Of a stretch of 64,000 nucleotides of DNA, positions 62,559 through 64,000 are shown piece after piece (within the stretch, counting starts at the first letter, position 1; every line of letters starts with the position of its first letter). The DNA is from Tubulanus polymorphus. Its lineage: Eukaryota > Animalia > Nemertea. The notes beneath the pieces are model-generated. The model did no database searches and was not told the origin of the DNA. It was given only the letters and a program-made list of their open reading frames with translations. The DNA lies in assembly GCF_964204645.1 (NCBI RefSeq), contig NC_134032.1:868001-932000 (forward strand). Direction: 5' to 3'. The position numbers and the translations under genes are program-made.

Positions 62559-63282
62559 GTTACGAGTTTAACCCCAACACAAGTTTAAAACAAACCAACA
62601 AATAACTGATGACTGATTGATGTGATCTCCTCTCCTCACCGACGACCGAGGTGAAATCTCCTCCGTTATAAAATGATCTTCTTCGGATTCACGATTAAAC
62701 TGCTAACAAATAGTTCACTCAGTTGTATTCACTGCGATTAACTGATTCCTAAAATTGGCGATAAAATACCGTCAGTGTCACCGCTGCACAAGGGCGAGTA
62801 CTGGATCGTAGAGCGGCTGCCGTTGAATGTGTTTGATCGGGTTTGACGAGCCGGTTTTAATTCGACACAGACTCAAGATGGCGTTTCACAAGAGAGGGCG
62901 CCACCAAACGACAGCTTCACAAACGTTCCACATCAGGAGCGCTCCGTCCAGGTTCGAGGTGGTACCGCTAGTAGGATGGCTTAGCGTTTGTTTTTGAATT
63001 GTTACCGGGTGGACGAATTCACGAAAATTGGCCCAGATGTTGATACAAACCTAACTATCAATTTTAGAAGCCGGGAGCCGGCGGGCTCTCCATCGGGATC
63101 CAATTTTTACGTTTCCTTGGCAATAGTTAGTTACCTAATCGTTGGTGGTAAGCTTTTTATAATCGGATGGGCTTATACCAACCAATATCCGATCGTGAAA
63201 CTAAACCACAGACAGGTTACTGACTACCATGGCAACTGAATGGAAATCCTATTATATTTCAGATGTATATAAGGAATAGGAA

Positions 63283-63936
63283 CACGATAGGTAAAACACA
63301 ATATCCGTGTTGACGCGATGAGGAGAGAATCCCACAATGATAATAAAAAGTCCGAAAATGAAACTTCGAGATAGTAGTTTATTCAACGTTTCGACTATAT
63401 CCTAATAGTCATCTTCAGGAATAATGAGATACTACAGAAATTATGAGTAAACCTTAACAATGGTTTTTCACCCCATAATAAACTTATATCAAAATTCCTC
63501 TGTAAACTGGTTAAACTCAACACTTGATTTCCCCTTTGATTATTTGTTATTTGTTCTCTCATCAATTTCGTCTCTGACTTAACTTGTATTCACCTTTGTT
63601 TTAAGTGCCCCCTAGTTTGTCTTTCTTTTTACTACTGACTTTAAGTTTCATTTATATTTATACTCACTATTGTTGTTTATAATCACCCCTTAGTTTGCTT
63701 CCCTTTAATCTATTTTAGCGTGTAACTGTTTCTACGTTAATTTTCCTTTAGTTTGTATCATCTCTGATTACTTGAATTAGTCTCTTTGTCCCTGGATTGT
63801 ATATATATCTCATAATTTCTGTAGTATCTCATTATTCCTGAAGATGACTATTAGGATATAGTCGAAACGTTGAATAAACTACTATCTCGAAGTTTCATTT
63901 TCGGACTTTTTATTATCATTGTGGGATTCTCTCCTC
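63283..63936 (+). mobile_element. 5'-truncated Penelope-like insertion with inverted terminal repeats and a 12-bp TSD
   Basis: AAGGAATAGGAA at 63271 and 63937; perfect ~129-bp inverted repeat (63319-63447 / 63809-63937), each arm holding the hammerhead motif. Confidence 0.8.
63832..63877 (+). ncRNA. Minimal type I hammerhead ribozyme
   Basis: TTATTC-CTGAAGA-T-GACTAT-taggat-ATAGTC-GAAAC-GTT-GAATAA. Confidence 0.7.
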
Positions 63937-64000
63937 AAGGAATAGGAAATTATAGAAAATTATTGAAATTTAGTCACATATTTATTCCAAAATAGATTTA

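Noticed and set aside
62860-63270. Divergent plus-strand gene start (AAGATGGCG motif, acceptor near 63262)
   Set aside because: Motifs only; no supportable reading frame in the window.

Overview
Repeat-rich animal genomic DNA; the gene and transposon content suggests a lophotrochozoan-like invertebrate (inference). Three genes were rebuilt by hand from splice signals. (1) The 3' part of a GATA4/5/6-class transcription factor on + (four exons, 2083-7518). (2) A complete 20-exon, ~826-aa single-pass receptor on - (40365->28363): signal peptide, 2 CUB, 3 PLAT/LH2-like domains, Thr-rich stalk, TM and a tail with ITIM/ITSM-like tyrosine motifs. (3) A caspase-3/7-like gene on - (62558->58937) with a long beta-propeller-like N-terminus; QACRG is intact but the catalytic-His (SHG) segment is missing. 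Between the convergent GATA and receptor genes lies a ~15.6-kb compound tandem array of ~150 73-75-bp B-box-bearing monomers punctuated by 23 copies of a 70-bp-stem hairpin whose left arm is almost invariant. Also present: Penelope-type minimal hammerhead ribozyme repeats, many MITE/foldback transposons, LINE/Penelope/DIRS/RNase H relics, a C-type lectin pseudogene and several minisatellites. All calls are from manual reading; no database search was run.
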